Source: Candidatus Omnitrophota bacterium
GTDB lineage: Bacteria > Omnitrophota > Gorgyraeia > Zapsychrales > Fredricksoniimonadaceae
Length of the DNA stretch: 64,000 nt
Direction: 5' to 3'
Assembly (NCBI GenBank): GCA_044225175.1
Contig: JBGAJA010000007.1
Span: 13,492-77,491 of the forward strand
Position 1 is the first letter of the stretch. Each line of letters opens with the position of its first letter. The notes under the pieces are model-generated. The model was not told the origin of the DNA, made no database searches, and worked only from the letters and a program-made list of their open reading frames with translations. A program made the translations under genes and the position numbers. Positions 44,366-53,853 of the stretch are shown one piece after another.

Positions 44366-45015
44366 CAGCTAATAATTTCTTATATAAGGCCTTGTTTGTT
44401 TCGTTGACCATACATACTATTTTTGTTTGTAGCAGCTATTGGATGAAAATGCCTGATATTAAAAAAGTGAGAGATAAAAGAGTTGAAATTACGTATAAGC
44501 CTATAGCTCCTAAAACATTGGATATCCGTCAGCATGCCATTAAGCCGGCTCAAAAGTTAGATCTGCAAAATTCTATGGTTTCTAGTGATACAATTGGGGT
44601 TAAATTAACTAAAGAATCAGAAAGTTTAAAAGGGCTTACTGATTTTGAGCGTAAACCTAATCAAATTAAATCTGATCCTGCCAATTATGTGACAGTCACT
44701 CCTATCAGCTCAGAAAAGATTAATAGTCCTATTTATACGTCGTACCAAGATCGCATCCGTGAAAGCATTAAAGAAAGGGTGTATGCTAATTACAGCAAGC
44801 TAGATAAAGGAACGGTTTATTTGACCTTTATTATTTCTTCTGATGGGAGTTTAAAAGATTATCAGATTATTTCTGAAAAAAGCAATGCCAGCCAGAATTT
44901 GCGCTACATTTCTACTAAAAGCCTCAAAGAAGCCAGATTTCCACCATTTCTCAAAGGTATGAGTCTTCCTGAATATACCTTTAATATTGAAATTGAATAT
45001 CAATTAAGCGAGTAA
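44362..45015 (+). CDS. TonB-like C-terminal-domain membrane protein
   Basis: N-terminal TM helix; the C-terminal pattern GTVYLTFIISSDGSLKDYQII..S....L...A...L....FPP resembles the TonB C-terminal domain. Confidence 0.45.
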   Translation: MTANNFLYKALFVSLTIHTIFVCSSYWMKMPDIKKVRDKRVEITYKPIAPKTLDIRQHAIKPAQKLDLQNSMVSSDTIGVKLTKESESLKGLTDFERKPNQIKSDPANYVTVTPISSEKINSPIYTSYQDRIRESIKERVYANYSKLDKGTVYLTFIISSDGSLKDYQIISEKSNASQNLRYISTKSLKEARFPPFLKGMSLPEYTFNIEIEYQLSE

Positions 45016-45090
45016 GCGCTTTCTCAGAGTCGCCTTTAAGCCCTTGAAATAAGGTTTTTCTATGGCATATTTATATAAAGGTATATAGAT

Positions 45091-48000
45091 ATGCTAAGAA
45101 CCCCATTGATCACAATTATTTTAGTGAGCTTTATCGTCACAGGAACTATAGGCCCTATGCCTGTGAATGCTCAGGAAATACGTTTGCCTAAGCCTGGGGT
45201 AATGGTCCATTTAAGTCCCCCTATAAATCCTTCCATGTTAAAGGGAATTAAAGTTAATCCAGATAATCCGTTTCGGTTTGAATTCGTGCTGGACACCGGT
45301 GATGAAAATGTCAACCGTAGGGGTTTGATTCATCAAACCCAAGCAGAGGGCATGATGAATCATGCCCCTACGGATTTCAAATCTGAATCCGTGAAATTAA
45401 TCAAATATTTCCTAGCCTCATTAACTATACCGGAGGGTGACCTATGGGTAAACCTAAGCCCCTATGAAAAGAACCGTATGGTTCCTGAGAGCTTTGGGCA
45501 GACAGAGATGGGACGTGATCTACTAGCCCAGGACTATATGCTCAAACAGATCACCGCGAGTCTTATCTATCCAGAAGATGAGGTAGGAAAAAGATTCTGG
45601 AAGAGGATCTATGAGGAGTCAGCCAAGAAATATGGCACAACCAATATCCCAGTCAACACATTCAACAAGGTCTGGATAGTTCCTGAGAAGGCAGTTATTT
45701 ATGAGAATGCAAAGGCAGGAACGGCCTATGTGGTGGAATCCAGGTTGAAGGTGATGTTGGAATGTGATTATTTGGCGATGGATAAAAATATCGTAGGGGC
45801 GACCCACCGTGGTCGCCCTTTACCAGGGCAGGCACAGGGGCCTGCCCCTACGGAAACAAATAACATCGGATCCCAAATCATCCGCGAAATCGTCATCTCC
45901 GAATTAACCAAAGAGATTAACTATGGCGCGAACTTCGCCCAGCTTAGACAAGTCTATAGTTCCTTGATTCTAGCCACATGGTACAAAAAGAAGATCAAAG
46001 ATTCGATTCTTTCCCAAGTCTATGCAGATAAAAACAAGATTGAAGGAATCAAATACGCAATGCCAACCAGGGGACATGCTCTTAACCAAAACAACAAGAG
46101 CGTGTCCCCAAGCAGTTTGCTAAGCAATAAAGCCTTGGATGTGAAAGCGACCCAGATGAACGAACCAAACGATGTTGAATCTATCTACCAACGCTACCTG
46201 CAAGCCTTCAAAAAAGGCGTCTACAACTACATCAAACAAGACATTGACCCGGCGACACAACAGGCTGTGCCCAGGAAATATTTCTCTGGCGGTATGGCTT
46301 TAGCCATGAATGTCACTAATTTAGGATCAACAGAATTACGAACAGTCGATAGGATGGATTTTGCTCAAATAAACCAAGATAACTTGAGAATTATCTCCAG
46401 TGAATTTACTTCTGTTAATTCAGTCTTGTCTAATCAGGCGATGAAGGCAGGAGAATCAAGTGCTGTGTCCCCAGATCCCCTGAAAACTCCTGCGCGGTCT
46501 TCATTTGTGATCGAAGATTCTCCTGATTTCAAACAGCGGTATTTGGGTGCTGCGAATAATCATGATCGAATAGCTTTATTAAAAGAAGAGTATGGATTAA
46601 GGGATGTTGAAATCGAAGTTTCAAGCATTAGGGGGGGATTTGGAGTCACTAGGGGTACTGGTTTATTGCAGAAAGCGGGTGACCATAAATATACATTAAC
46701 TTTATATGGGGTTGAGGGTGATTATGAGGCTTATTTATTATTTCATGAATTTATGCATGCATATTTTGAAGAAAAAGGTCTTCGATTTAATTGGGACTCT
46801 CAAGGTGCGGAAGCAGATAATTTTATTTTTCAAATAAAGAATATGCTTTTGGATTATATGATCGAGCAGGAGAATAAGCGCAGATTTGAAGATCAATTTC
46901 AAGACATCACTCAAGATATGCGTGACTATAATTTAAGAGGTGTTTTAAAGGATAGAGCCATATTTCCTTCTTCCTTAATTGTCTTAGCTTTGAACGGAAA
47001 ATTAGTCACAAATCTTTATCCAGCTCTATCAGCATGTTATTCGCAGTCTTTTATTGGCAAAATTGTAAAAATCCCTTATTACGATGAGCTGGTAAAAGAA
47101 TTTGATAAACTGTCAGTTTCAAGTTCTGTTTCTGATTGGCAAAATGGATTTATGAATGTTTACAAAATAATGGTTGATTCTGATGTGAAGATGCAAGCTA
47201 ATAAGTTAGTAGTGAATATTCAGAAATTGAAAAAAGTGATAATGAATATAAATGGTAATTTAGAAATGCTTATTCAAACGGTCCAACGGACAATGGCCGA
47301 ACAAATAAAGCCTGAACAACAAACCATGCCCGATCAGATATGGGATGCTTTAGTATCAGAATTAGACAACTCCAAATGGCCGGATGATTTTAGAATCATA
47401 TTAAAATATCATCTGGACGCTCAGAAAAGAAAACTAAATGTTAAAAGTCTTTTTGATACTTTGCGTAAATTTCATATCGGGCCTACCGTAAACATCATAT
47501 ACATGTTAAATGGCATCTTTGAGAATGCGAATTTGAGCGTGAGAATTTATAATGATGAGCAGAGGAAGATTCAAAAAGTTAATGATGATTATGGTTTCTT
47601 AGAGAATCTAGATTTTGCAATGCTTGAGACAATAGAGGGCAGCGCCCAATTATTTAAGAAATCTGATCAAGCAATGAAGGCAGAAGAATTAAGTGCTGTG
47701 TCCCCAGATTTGCAGAATATATTTGGTAAACCCGTGAATGAAGATTTACCTGAAGAGATTGCTAATTTACCAGCAGATCAGTCTTCTACACGAGGGACTT
47801 TAACCAAGAGGCCATTCGGTGAGAAGACTATTGAACAAGAAAGGTTAGAATTAGAAATGTTGGTGGGTGTTGAATCTCTTGAACCGCAGGTTGCATGGGC
47901 TGTGCAAATGTTAACGATTAAGGGGTATGGTAGTAAATCTTCAGGGTTTTATTATGAGCATCCTAGTCAAATTCACGGTGGCACTATGGAGAGACACAGT

Positions 48001-49689
48001 ATTGAAGGTTTTTCAAGATCATTGTCTCCGGAAGAAATAAGGATTATTGAATCTGTCCCTGGGGCTAAATATGATGTCTCTAAAAATGGAATATTTGTTG
48101 ATTCTAAAGGTAAAACACTAAAAGAAGTCAAAGCTGTTTTTGATGAAATTGCTAGAAGACTTCCTGATCATGGAGCGCAAAATAGAGAGCAATTTTTGAT
48201 GTTTCAACAGGTGTTGGGTGCTCCAAATCGGCATTTTATAATAAAAATAAACGCAACTGATGGGTATCAGGATAGAGAGATATATGTCAACCGATTTGTA
48301 CGTCATTTAAAGAAGTTTAAACTCACAATGACAACAGATGTTATTTCATTATGGGAGACTATTATTGGTCAGCAAGAAGGTGCATCGCAAATCGAAGTTG
48401 TTCAAGGTGTATTTAAGGACGCAATTGTTAATGGAAAAGCATTGGTGATTGCGGGAGATAGTCTTAAGAGATTTGATTTTTCAATTCAAGACTTAATTAA
48501 ATCAGTACTTAGTCAGCAAGGAGAGACAGTAGCATTTAACCATGAAACTTTAAAGGTGCATCCTGGATTTCGTTTGGTATTTCTACTAGATGACTCTTTA
48601 GCTAAGAAGTTAATGGAAGAGCTAGAAAGAAGCTTTCTTCAATTTAACTATCCTGTAACCTCTCAGAAAGTGGACAGTGCTTTGCCTGCCGAACATAGAA
48701 ATGGAACAGATAATCTAGTCTTAGAATTTGAAAGAGAGCTTACTGAAGCATGGAGAGCGATCCCATTATTTTACGATACGGAGTTTACAGACAATCAACC
48801 ATGGATTATGGATCATAGAACGTTGTGGGATGATGTATTAAAAGTAGCATCTAAGCATCAGTTATTAGCTCATGGCACATTGAATAGTTATTATCAATCC
48901 AATGGCATTGGGATTTCACCTCTTAATCTTCACTGGGCCATGTTGGGTATTATGCTTGAAGGTAGTGTTCGTTTTGGTGAATTGGGAAATTTCTCTTCCA
49001 ATATTGGAATAGATGATATGTACAAAAATGCTGCTCGTTTTGGCCCCTACTATGTTCTTTTTCGTCCAGGTAGTGGAGTTCCAGGTGAAAAACAATTTAA
49101 GTTTCGAGAACATCCTTCTAAAGAAGAGGATCATTTAATCTATCTTGTACCAGAAGAGAACGCACGGAAATTCTTTGAATTGGGTCTGATTAAAGCAAAG
49201 GAGCGAGGTTTTATTACTCCTGCGCAAGAACAGATAGTTCGTTCTAAGATTTTAACGTATGCTGAATTTGTAGCGAGTGACAGTCAGATAGAGGACATAA
49301 TTAGAGGAAGAGTTCCAGCGCGACGGACGGGAAATGACGCTCAGACAGCAAAGGACACGGATAGAGTGATGAAGACAGAAGAATTAAGTGCTGTGTCCCC
49401 AGATTATAAACATATTGCTTTGGGGACGGTTGTACCTCCGGGAGATGCTGCAATGAGGGTAGGAAAGGCTTTGACGAATAAAGGTGGTATCGACTTTACC
49501 GCCACCAAAACACCTTTGGAAGTTCATAACGCAGGAGAGGGTATAAAGTTCCAGCTGGATCCAGCTATGTTGCAGCAGCTCCAAAATGCCCCAGGCTTTG
49601 TGCCAGTCATTATTAATATTGAACCCATGATCAATCTGCGGGAATTTTTGGGTATTAATCAGCAACAAACTACCTCTATTTCTGCATAA
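45091..49689 (+). CDS. Giant hypothetical secreted protein, paralog B (1532 aa): signal peptide, shared N-terminal ~300-aa domain, three modules delimited by an identical repeat, HExxH motif, shared C-terminal ~70-aa domain
   Basis: N-terminus MLRTPLITIILVSFIVTGTIGPMPVNAQE looks like a Sec signal peptide; homology to the 1..4026 ORF at both ends; HEFMH at 46744..46758. Confidence 0.85.
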   Translation: MLRTPLITIILVSFIVTGTIGPMPVNAQEIRLPKPGVMVHLSPPINPSMLKGIKVNPDNPFRFEFVLDTGDENVNRRGLIHQTQAEGMMNHAPTDFKSESVKLIKYFLASLTIPEGDLWVNLSPYEKNRMVPESFGQTEMGRDLLAQDYMLKQITASLIYPEDEVGKRFWKRIYEESAKKYGTTNIPVNTFNKVWIVPEKAVIYENAKAGTAYVVESRLKVMLECDYLAMDKNIVGATHRGRPLPGQAQGPAPTETNNIGSQIIREIVISELTKEINYGANFAQLRQVYSSLILATWYKKKIKDSILSQVYADKNKIEGIKYAMPTRGHALNQNNKSVSPSSLLSNKALDVKATQMNEPNDVESIYQRYLQAFKKGVYNYIKQDIDPATQQAVPRKYFSGGMALAMNVTNLGSTELRTVDRMDFAQINQDNLRIISSEFTSVNSVLSNQAMKAGESSAVSPDPLKTPARSSFVIEDSPDFKQRYLGAANNHDRIALLKEEYGLRDVEIEVSSIRGGFGVTRGTGLLQKAGDHKYTLTLYGVEGDYEAYLLFHEFMHAYFEEKGLRFNWDSQGAEADNFIFQIKNMLLDYMIEQENKRRFEDQFQDITQDMRDYNLRGVLKDRAIFPSSLIVLALNGKLVTNLYPALSACYSQSFIGKIVKIPYYDELVKEFDKLSVSSSVSDWQNGFMNVYKIMVDSDVKMQANKLVVNIQKLKKVIMNINGNLEMLIQTVQRTMAEQIKPEQQTMPDQIWDALVSELDNSKWPDDFRIILKYHLDAQKRKLNVKSLFDTLRKFHIGPTVNIIYMLNGIFENANLSVRIYNDEQRKIQKVNDDYGFLENLDFAMLETIEGSAQLFKKSDQAMKAEELSAVSPDLQNIFGKPVNEDLPEEIANLPADQSSTRGTLTKRPFGEKTIEQERLELEMLVGVESLEPQVAWAVQMLTIKGYGSKSSGFYYEHPSQIHGGTMERHSIEGFSRSLSPEEIRIIESVPGAKYDVSKNGIFVDSKGKTLKEVKAVFDEIARRLPDHGAQNREQFLMFQQVLGAPNRHFIIKINATDGYQDREIYVNRFVRHLKKFKLTMTTDVISLWETIIGQQEGASQIEVVQGVFKDAIVNGKALVIAGDSLKRFDFSIQDLIKSVLSQQGETVAFNHETLKVHPGFRLVFLLDDSLAKKLMEELERSFLQFNYPVTSQKVDSALPAEHRNGTDNLVLEFERELTEAWRAIPLFYDTEFTDNQPWIMDHRTLWDDVLKVASKHQLLAHGTLNSYYQSNGIGISPLNLHWAMLGIMLEGSVRFGELGNFSSNIGIDDMYKNAARFGPYYVLFRPGSGVPGEKQFKFREHPSKEEDHLIYLVPEENARKFFELGLIKAKERGFITPAQEQIVRSKILTYAEFVASDSQIEDIIRGRVPARRTGNDAQTAKDTDRVMKTEELSAVSPDYKHIALGTVVPPGDAAMRVGKALTNKGGIDFTATKTPLEVHNAGEGIKFQLDPAMLQQLQNAPGFVPVIINIEPMINLREFLGINQQQTTSISA
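45317..45371. mobile_element. In-frame palindromic element, copy B1, in giant gene B (GTAGGGG...CCCCTAC with two perfect hairpins)
   Basis: gggtttga-ttca-tcaaaccc and gggcatgat-ga-atcatgccc are flanked by gtagggg / cccctac, then ggatttcaaat. Confidence 0.5.
45793..45851. mobile_element. In-frame palindromic element, copy B2, in giant gene B at the position homologous to 472..596 in gene A
   Basis: gtaggggcgacc-cac-cgtggtcgccc, ...gggcaggcacaggggcctgcccctac; termini GTAGGGGC / GCCCCTAC. Confidence 0.5.
46441..46475 (+). repeat. Intragenic repeat copy 1 (encodes MKAGESSAVSPD)
   Basis: atgaaggcaggagaatcaagtgctgtgtccccagat. Confidence 0.8.
47674..47708 (+). repeat. Intragenic repeat copy 2 (encodes MKAEELSAVSPD)
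   Basis: atgaaggcagaagaattaagtgctgtgtccccagat. Confidence 0.8.
49369..49403 (+). repeat. Intragenic repeat copy 3 (encodes MKTEELSAVSPD)
   Basis: atgaagacagaagaattaagtgctgtgtccccagat. Confidence 0.8.
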
Positions 49690-49842
49690 TCCATACGTTC
49701 CAGTAGATTTTTAGTTACTGACACATCACAAGAATTTGACAATCCCAACCATCTTTGTTAAAGTGTCGATACTTTTTTGCTGAAAGCATCCTAAGCTTAG
49801 ATTGATTATAATACATTAAGAACTTATTAACTTCCGCCAAAG

Positions 49843-49872
49843 GCGGACCAGCCTCTGGCTGGGAAAGGTCAT
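49843..49872 (+). promoter_or_regulatory. Two-hairpin motif, copy 2, immediately upstream of the 49874 ORF
   Basis: ttccgccaaaggcggaccagcctctggctggg; hairpin 1 is identical to the copy at 35706; hairpin 2 differs by compensatory changes (C-G/G-U becomes A-T/G-C). Confidence 0.4.
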
Positions 49873-49873
49873 T

Positions 49874-50269
49874 ATGGATTTACATAATCGTTTTGGTGAC
49901 AAGCTTGGAGACGAATCTGGCGGACTTATTGGTCCCGATGGTCAACCCCTTACAAGCAAACCTGAAGAACAATCCCCTCAAGAAGCAGAAACAGAACCTC
50001 AATTAGACTTTTTTAACTATATCGCCAGCCTTGGTTTTCAAGCCATGATTTTCTTAGGCGAGATGCCCAATCCCATTACAAATCAAGTAGATAAGAATTT
50101 GAAACAAGCTAAATTCTTGATTGATACCATGGCAATTATTAGGGAGAAAACAACTGGTAATTTATCCAAAGAAGAAGCTGAACTTTTAAATGGCTCTATT
50201 TATGAGCTTCAAATGCGCTATGTGCAGGCGCGCTTAAGAAAGACCAGCCTAATTTATGATAGATGCTAA
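49874..50269 (+). CDS. Hypothetical protein (131 aa), acidic N-terminus
   Basis: ORF with good coding-like composition; family not confidently recognised. Confidence 0.5.
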   Translation: MDLHNRFGDKLGDESGGLIGPDGQPLTSKPEEQSPQEAETEPQLDFFNYIASLGFQAMIFLGEMPNPITNQVDKNLKQAKFLIDTMAIIREKTTGNLSKEEAELLNGSIYELQMRYVQARLRKTSLIYDRC

Positions 50270-50411
50270 GCTTTTAGAAATTCTTGCATGTCCAGCTTGT
50301 TTAGGGGATGTGCAGCTTAAAGATAATTTTGTGGTGTGTGTGAAGTGTGGACGTAAATATCCCATAAAAAACGGTATTCCTGTACTGTTAGCTGATCAAG
50401 CTGAAAAATAG
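50256..50411 (+). CDS. Trm112/YcaR-like small zinc-ribbon protein (UPF0434; 51 aa; absent from ORF track)
   Basis: MIDAKLLEILACPACLGDVQLKDNFVVCVKCGRKYPIKNGIPVLLADQAEK has C.AC...C.KC and IP.LL, characteristic of Trm112-like proteins. Confidence 0.7.
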   Translation: MIDAKLLEILACPACLGDVQLKDNFVVCVKCGRKYPIKNGIPVLLADQAEK

Positions 50412-50414
50412 TCT

Positions 50415-51473
50415 ATGAATAATCGCCTTAAACGATTGGTCGATGAGTTTCCTCGTCATCGAGGGATTGATGCACTTTTGATCACCCAAGATGTTAATAT
50501 TCAATACCTTACTGGATTTCCTGCCGGTGAGTCCTGGCTGCTCGTTACCCCAGCCAAAGCAATTTACATTACTGATTTTCGCTATATTCAAGAGGCAAAA
50601 GAAGGGCTCAAGGGTATTGCTGTTGTTAAACAACATACTCAATGTCTAGCTGCTACGCTTTTTGAGCTGGTTAAAACTTTAAAAATTAAACGCCTTGGAT
50701 TTGATGAACAAAAGACTTCTGTAGCTTGTTTTAAGAAATTGAAAAGTTATTGCCCCCGTAGATCCAAACTAGTTCCTGCCAATGGCTTAGTTGAGCTTTT
50801 AAGAGAAATTAAAGATGAAAATGAGATAAATACCATCCGTCAATGCCTCAAAGTTCATTTTAAGGCTATTCAAATGCTTAAAAAAGTGGTGAAGCCTGGC
50901 CTTTCTGAACTTCAAGTATTGGGTCATTTGGAGGGATTTATTAAAAAAGAGGGGGTAAAGTTTTCTTTTAGTCCCATTATAGCTTCGGGGCCAAATTCTG
51001 CCTATCCTCACGCCAAGGTCAGCGAGAGAATTCTCAAAAACAATGAACCTTTGTTGATCGATATTGGGATTGATATAAAAGGTTACAAGTCTGACTTGAC
51101 ACGTAATTTCTTTTTAGGTAGAATGACGCCTCATTACAAGCAAGTACTTGAAGCTACAACACTTGCGCAACAGGAGGCGATCAAATTGATTAAACCTTCT
51201 GTAAAGGTTGCAGATGTTGATCTTCATGCACGTAAAGTATTGAGAAGATTTGGGTTAGCAAAATATTTCGGTCATTCTTTAGGGCATGGCGTCGGGCTTG
51301 AAATTCATGAGAATCCAAGACTTTCGACTAAAAGCCCGGCAGTTTTGGAGTCAGGGATGATTGTAACGGTTGAACCAGGAGTTTATATTCCTGGGAAGTT
51401 TGGGGTTAGAGTAGAAGATATGGTTTTAGTTAACAAAGAAGGATGTGAGGTGTTAAGTGGTAATTACTATTAA
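50415..51473 (+). CDS. pepP: Xaa-Pro aminopeptidase / M24B family peptidase
   Basis: HGVGLEIHE, Creatinase_N-like N-terminal domain. Confidence 0.8.
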   Translation: MNNRLKRLVDEFPRHRGIDALLITQDVNIQYLTGFPAGESWLLVTPAKAIYITDFRYIQEAKEGLKGIAVVKQHTQCLAATLFELVKTLKIKRLGFDEQKTSVACFKKLKSYCPRRSKLVPANGLVELLREIKDENEINTIRQCLKVHFKAIQMLKKVVKPGLSELQVLGHLEGFIKKEGVKFSFSPIIASGPNSAYPHAKVSERILKNNEPLLIDIGIDIKGYKSDLTRNFFLGRMTPHYKQVLEATTLAQQEAIKLIKPSVKVADVDLHARKVLRRFGLAKYFGHSLGHGVGLEIHENPRLSTKSPAVLESGMIVTVEPGVYIPGKFGVRVEDMVLVNKEGCEVLSGNYY

Positions 51474-52023
51474 TGAACTAGAAACGGGAATGGTGCTTTT
51501 GATTGATGGAAACCTGTACTTTGTGACAGAACTTAATCATGTTAAGCCAGGAAAAGGTAGTGCTTTTGTTCGTGTTAGACTTAAAAATATTAAAACTGAT
51601 GCTGTACTTGAAAGAACATTTCGAACTGCAGACACCCTAGAAGAAGCTGATTTAGAGCGTCGTCGTATGCAATATACGTATTCTTCAGGCAATGAATACC
51701 ATTTTATGGATCAAAGTACCTTTGAAGATACAGTCATTACTAAAGAGCTTTTAGGAGATGGCGTTAAATATCTTCAAGATAATATGGAAGTTGAAACCAT
51801 TATCTATAAGGATCAAGTCATCAAAGCAGAAGTTCCCACCTTTATTATTGCTGAAGTTATTGAATCTGACCCTGGTTTAAAGGGAGATTCTTCCAAAGCA
51901 GGTTATAAGCCAGCTAAAATTGATACCGGAGCTTCTGTTCAGGTACCTTTGTTCATTATTCAAGGAGAGACTATTAAAGTTGACACTAGAACCGGAGTTT
52001 ACGTTGAAAGGGTCAAACGATGA
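51457..52023 (+). CDS. efp: Elongation factor P (GTG start; true start may be downstream)
   Basis: KPGKGSAFVRVRLKNIKTD... Confidence 0.9.
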   Translation: MVITINELETGMVLLIDGNLYFVTELNHVKPGKGSAFVRVRLKNIKTDAVLERTFRTADTLEEADLERRRMQYTYSSGNEYHFMDQSTFEDTVITKELLGDGVKYLQDNMEVETIIYKDQVIKAEVPTFIIAEVIESDPGLKGDSSKAGYKPAKIDTGASVQVPLFIIQGETIKVDTRTGVYVERVKR

Positions 52024-52487
52024 ATTTAAAAGAAATTAAGGAAATTATCGCGCTTATGAATGAAAACGGTTTAGGCGAGATCGAAATTGAGCGTGAAGGC
52101 CTTAAACTGAAACTTAAAAAATCCGCACTTGAAGCTCATCTTCAAGCGCCAATCCAATATGCTATTGAATCACTTCCTGCCCCTAAAGCTGTTGGCTCTT
52201 CTCCAAGCGGTTCTTCCTCCAAAGATGTTAAAACAGATGCTAAATCAACCAAAGACATCAAATCTCCTATGGTTGGAACGTTCTACAGATCACCTTCACC
52301 AGAAGCTGCTCCTTTCATGGAAATAGGTCAAACAGTTGAAATAGGTCAGGTGGTATGTATCGTTGAAGCGATGAAGCTCATGAATGAAATCAAATCTGAG
52401 ATTCGTGGTAAGGTTGTTGAGGTTGCTGTGTCTAATGCCGAACCTGTGGAGTTTGGTCAAACCCTTTTTGTGGTTGAACCCATATAA
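52020..52487 (+). CDS. accB: Acetyl-CoA carboxylase biotin carboxyl carrier protein
   Basis: Biotinyl motif EAMKLMNEI. Confidence 0.9.
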   Translation: MNLKEIKEIIALMNENGLGEIEIEREGLKLKLKKSALEAHLQAPIQYAIESLPAPKAVGSSPSGSSSKDVKTDAKSTKDIKSPMVGTFYRSPSPEAAPFMEIGQTVEIGQVVCIVEAMKLMNEIKSEIRGKVVEVAVSNAEPVEFGQTLFVVEPI

Positions 52488-52490
52488 TTT

Positions 52491-53840
52491 ATGTTCTCAA
52501 AAATTCTAATCGCCAATCGTGGTGAAATTGCCCTTCGTGTCATTCGTGCTTGTAAAGAATTAGGTATTCGAACAGTTGCTGTTTACTCAGAAGCGGATCG
52601 AAATTCTTTGCATGTTCGTTTTGCGGATGAAGCGGTCTGTATCGGAAAAGCCACCAGTAAAGAAAGTTATTTGAATATTCCAGCTATTATTTCTGCTGCT
52701 GAGATTACTGATGTGGAAGCCATTCATCCTGGTTATGGTTTCTTGTCAGAAAATGCTCATTTTGCCGAAATTTGCGAATCCTGTCATATCAAGTTTATTG
52801 GTCCTAAGCCAGACTCCATCCGCAAGATGGGAGATAAGATTGTTGCTAAGGAAACAGTCAAAAAAATAGGCGTTCCTTTAACTCCTGGTGGAGATGGAAT
52901 CATTTCTTCTCAAGAAAAGGCTTTAGAAATTGCTCAGAAAATTAAATATCCTGTCATCATCAAAGCAGCAGCGGGTGGTGGTGGAAAAGGAATGCGTGTT
53001 TGTCATAATGATGTGACATTGATCAACTCTTTTAAAATGGCACAAACAGAAGCGGAAGCTAATTTCGGACGTGCTGATGTGTATATTGAAAAATACATTG
53101 AAGGACCTCGCCATGTGGAATTTCAGATTTTAGCTGATCAACATGGAAATGTTATCCATTTAGGTGAACGTGATTGTTCTCTACAACGAAGACACCAGAA
53201 ATTGCTTGAAGAAGCCCCATCTCCAGCGCTTGATGCTGGTTTGAGAAAGAGAATGGGCGAAGCTGCAGTTAAAGCGGCGAAAGCTGTTAATTACCATGGT
53301 GTGGGAACTATTGAATTTCTTTTGGATGTGAATAATAACTTCTATTTCATGGAAATGAATACCCGTATTCAAGTTGAGCATCCTGTCACCGAAATGGTCA
53401 CTGGAATTGACTTGATTAAAGAACAGATCAAAGTAGCCAATGGTCAGAAGCTTAAGATCAAGCAAGAGGATGTCAAAATTAAAGGACACTCGATCGAATG
53501 TCGTATCAATGCGGAAGATCCTTATAATAATTTTATTCCTTCTCCTGGCAAGATCGAAGAGTTAAACCTGCCAGGGGGACCCGGAGTTAGAATTGACACT
53601 CATATTTATCCTGGATATACTATCAGTCCCTACTACGATTCCATGGTAGCTAAGCTTATCGTCCATGGCAAAGACCGGGAAGAGGCTATACGAATCATGC
53701 GAAGAGCATTAGATGAATTTTATATATCTCCCATTAAAACCACAATTCCATTACATATGGAAATCATGCATCATCCAACCTTTCTCCAAGGAAAAGTCAC
53801 GACCCATTTCTTGGAAAAGATGATGAAAAATGATGGCTAA
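52491..53840 (+). CDS. accC: Acetyl-CoA carboxylase biotin carboxylase subunit
   Basis: 449 aa; ATP-grasp region; conserved biotin carboxylase blocks. Confidence 0.95.
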   Translation: MFSKILIANRGEIALRVIRACKELGIRTVAVYSEADRNSLHVRFADEAVCIGKATSKESYLNIPAIISAAEITDVEAIHPGYGFLSENAHFAEICESCHIKFIGPKPDSIRKMGDKIVAKETVKKIGVPLTPGGDGIISSQEKALEIAQKIKYPVIIKAAAGGGGKGMRVCHNDVTLINSFKMAQTEAEANFGRADVYIEKYIEGPRHVEFQILADQHGNVIHLGERDCSLQRRHQKLLEEAPSPALDAGLRKRMGEAAVKAAKAVNYHGVGTIEFLLDVNNNFYFMEMNTRIQVEHPVTEMVTGIDLIKEQIKVANGQKLKIKQEDVKIKGHSIECRINAEDPYNNFIPSPGKIEELNLPGGPGVRIDTHIYPGYTISPYYDSMVAKLIVHGKDREEAIRIMRRALDEFYISPIKTTIPLHMEIMHHPTFLQGKVTTHFLEKMMKNDG

Positions 53841-53853
53841 AAAGGAGTTTCTA

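Noticed and set aside
49690-49842. Candidate sigma70 promoter (ttgaca...taaagt) and tataat-like box in the 184-nt spacer after giant gene B
   Set aside because: Several weak, mutually exclusive hexamer pairings in AT-rich sequence. None has a convincing -35/-10 pair with 16-18-nt spacing, so no promoter is called.
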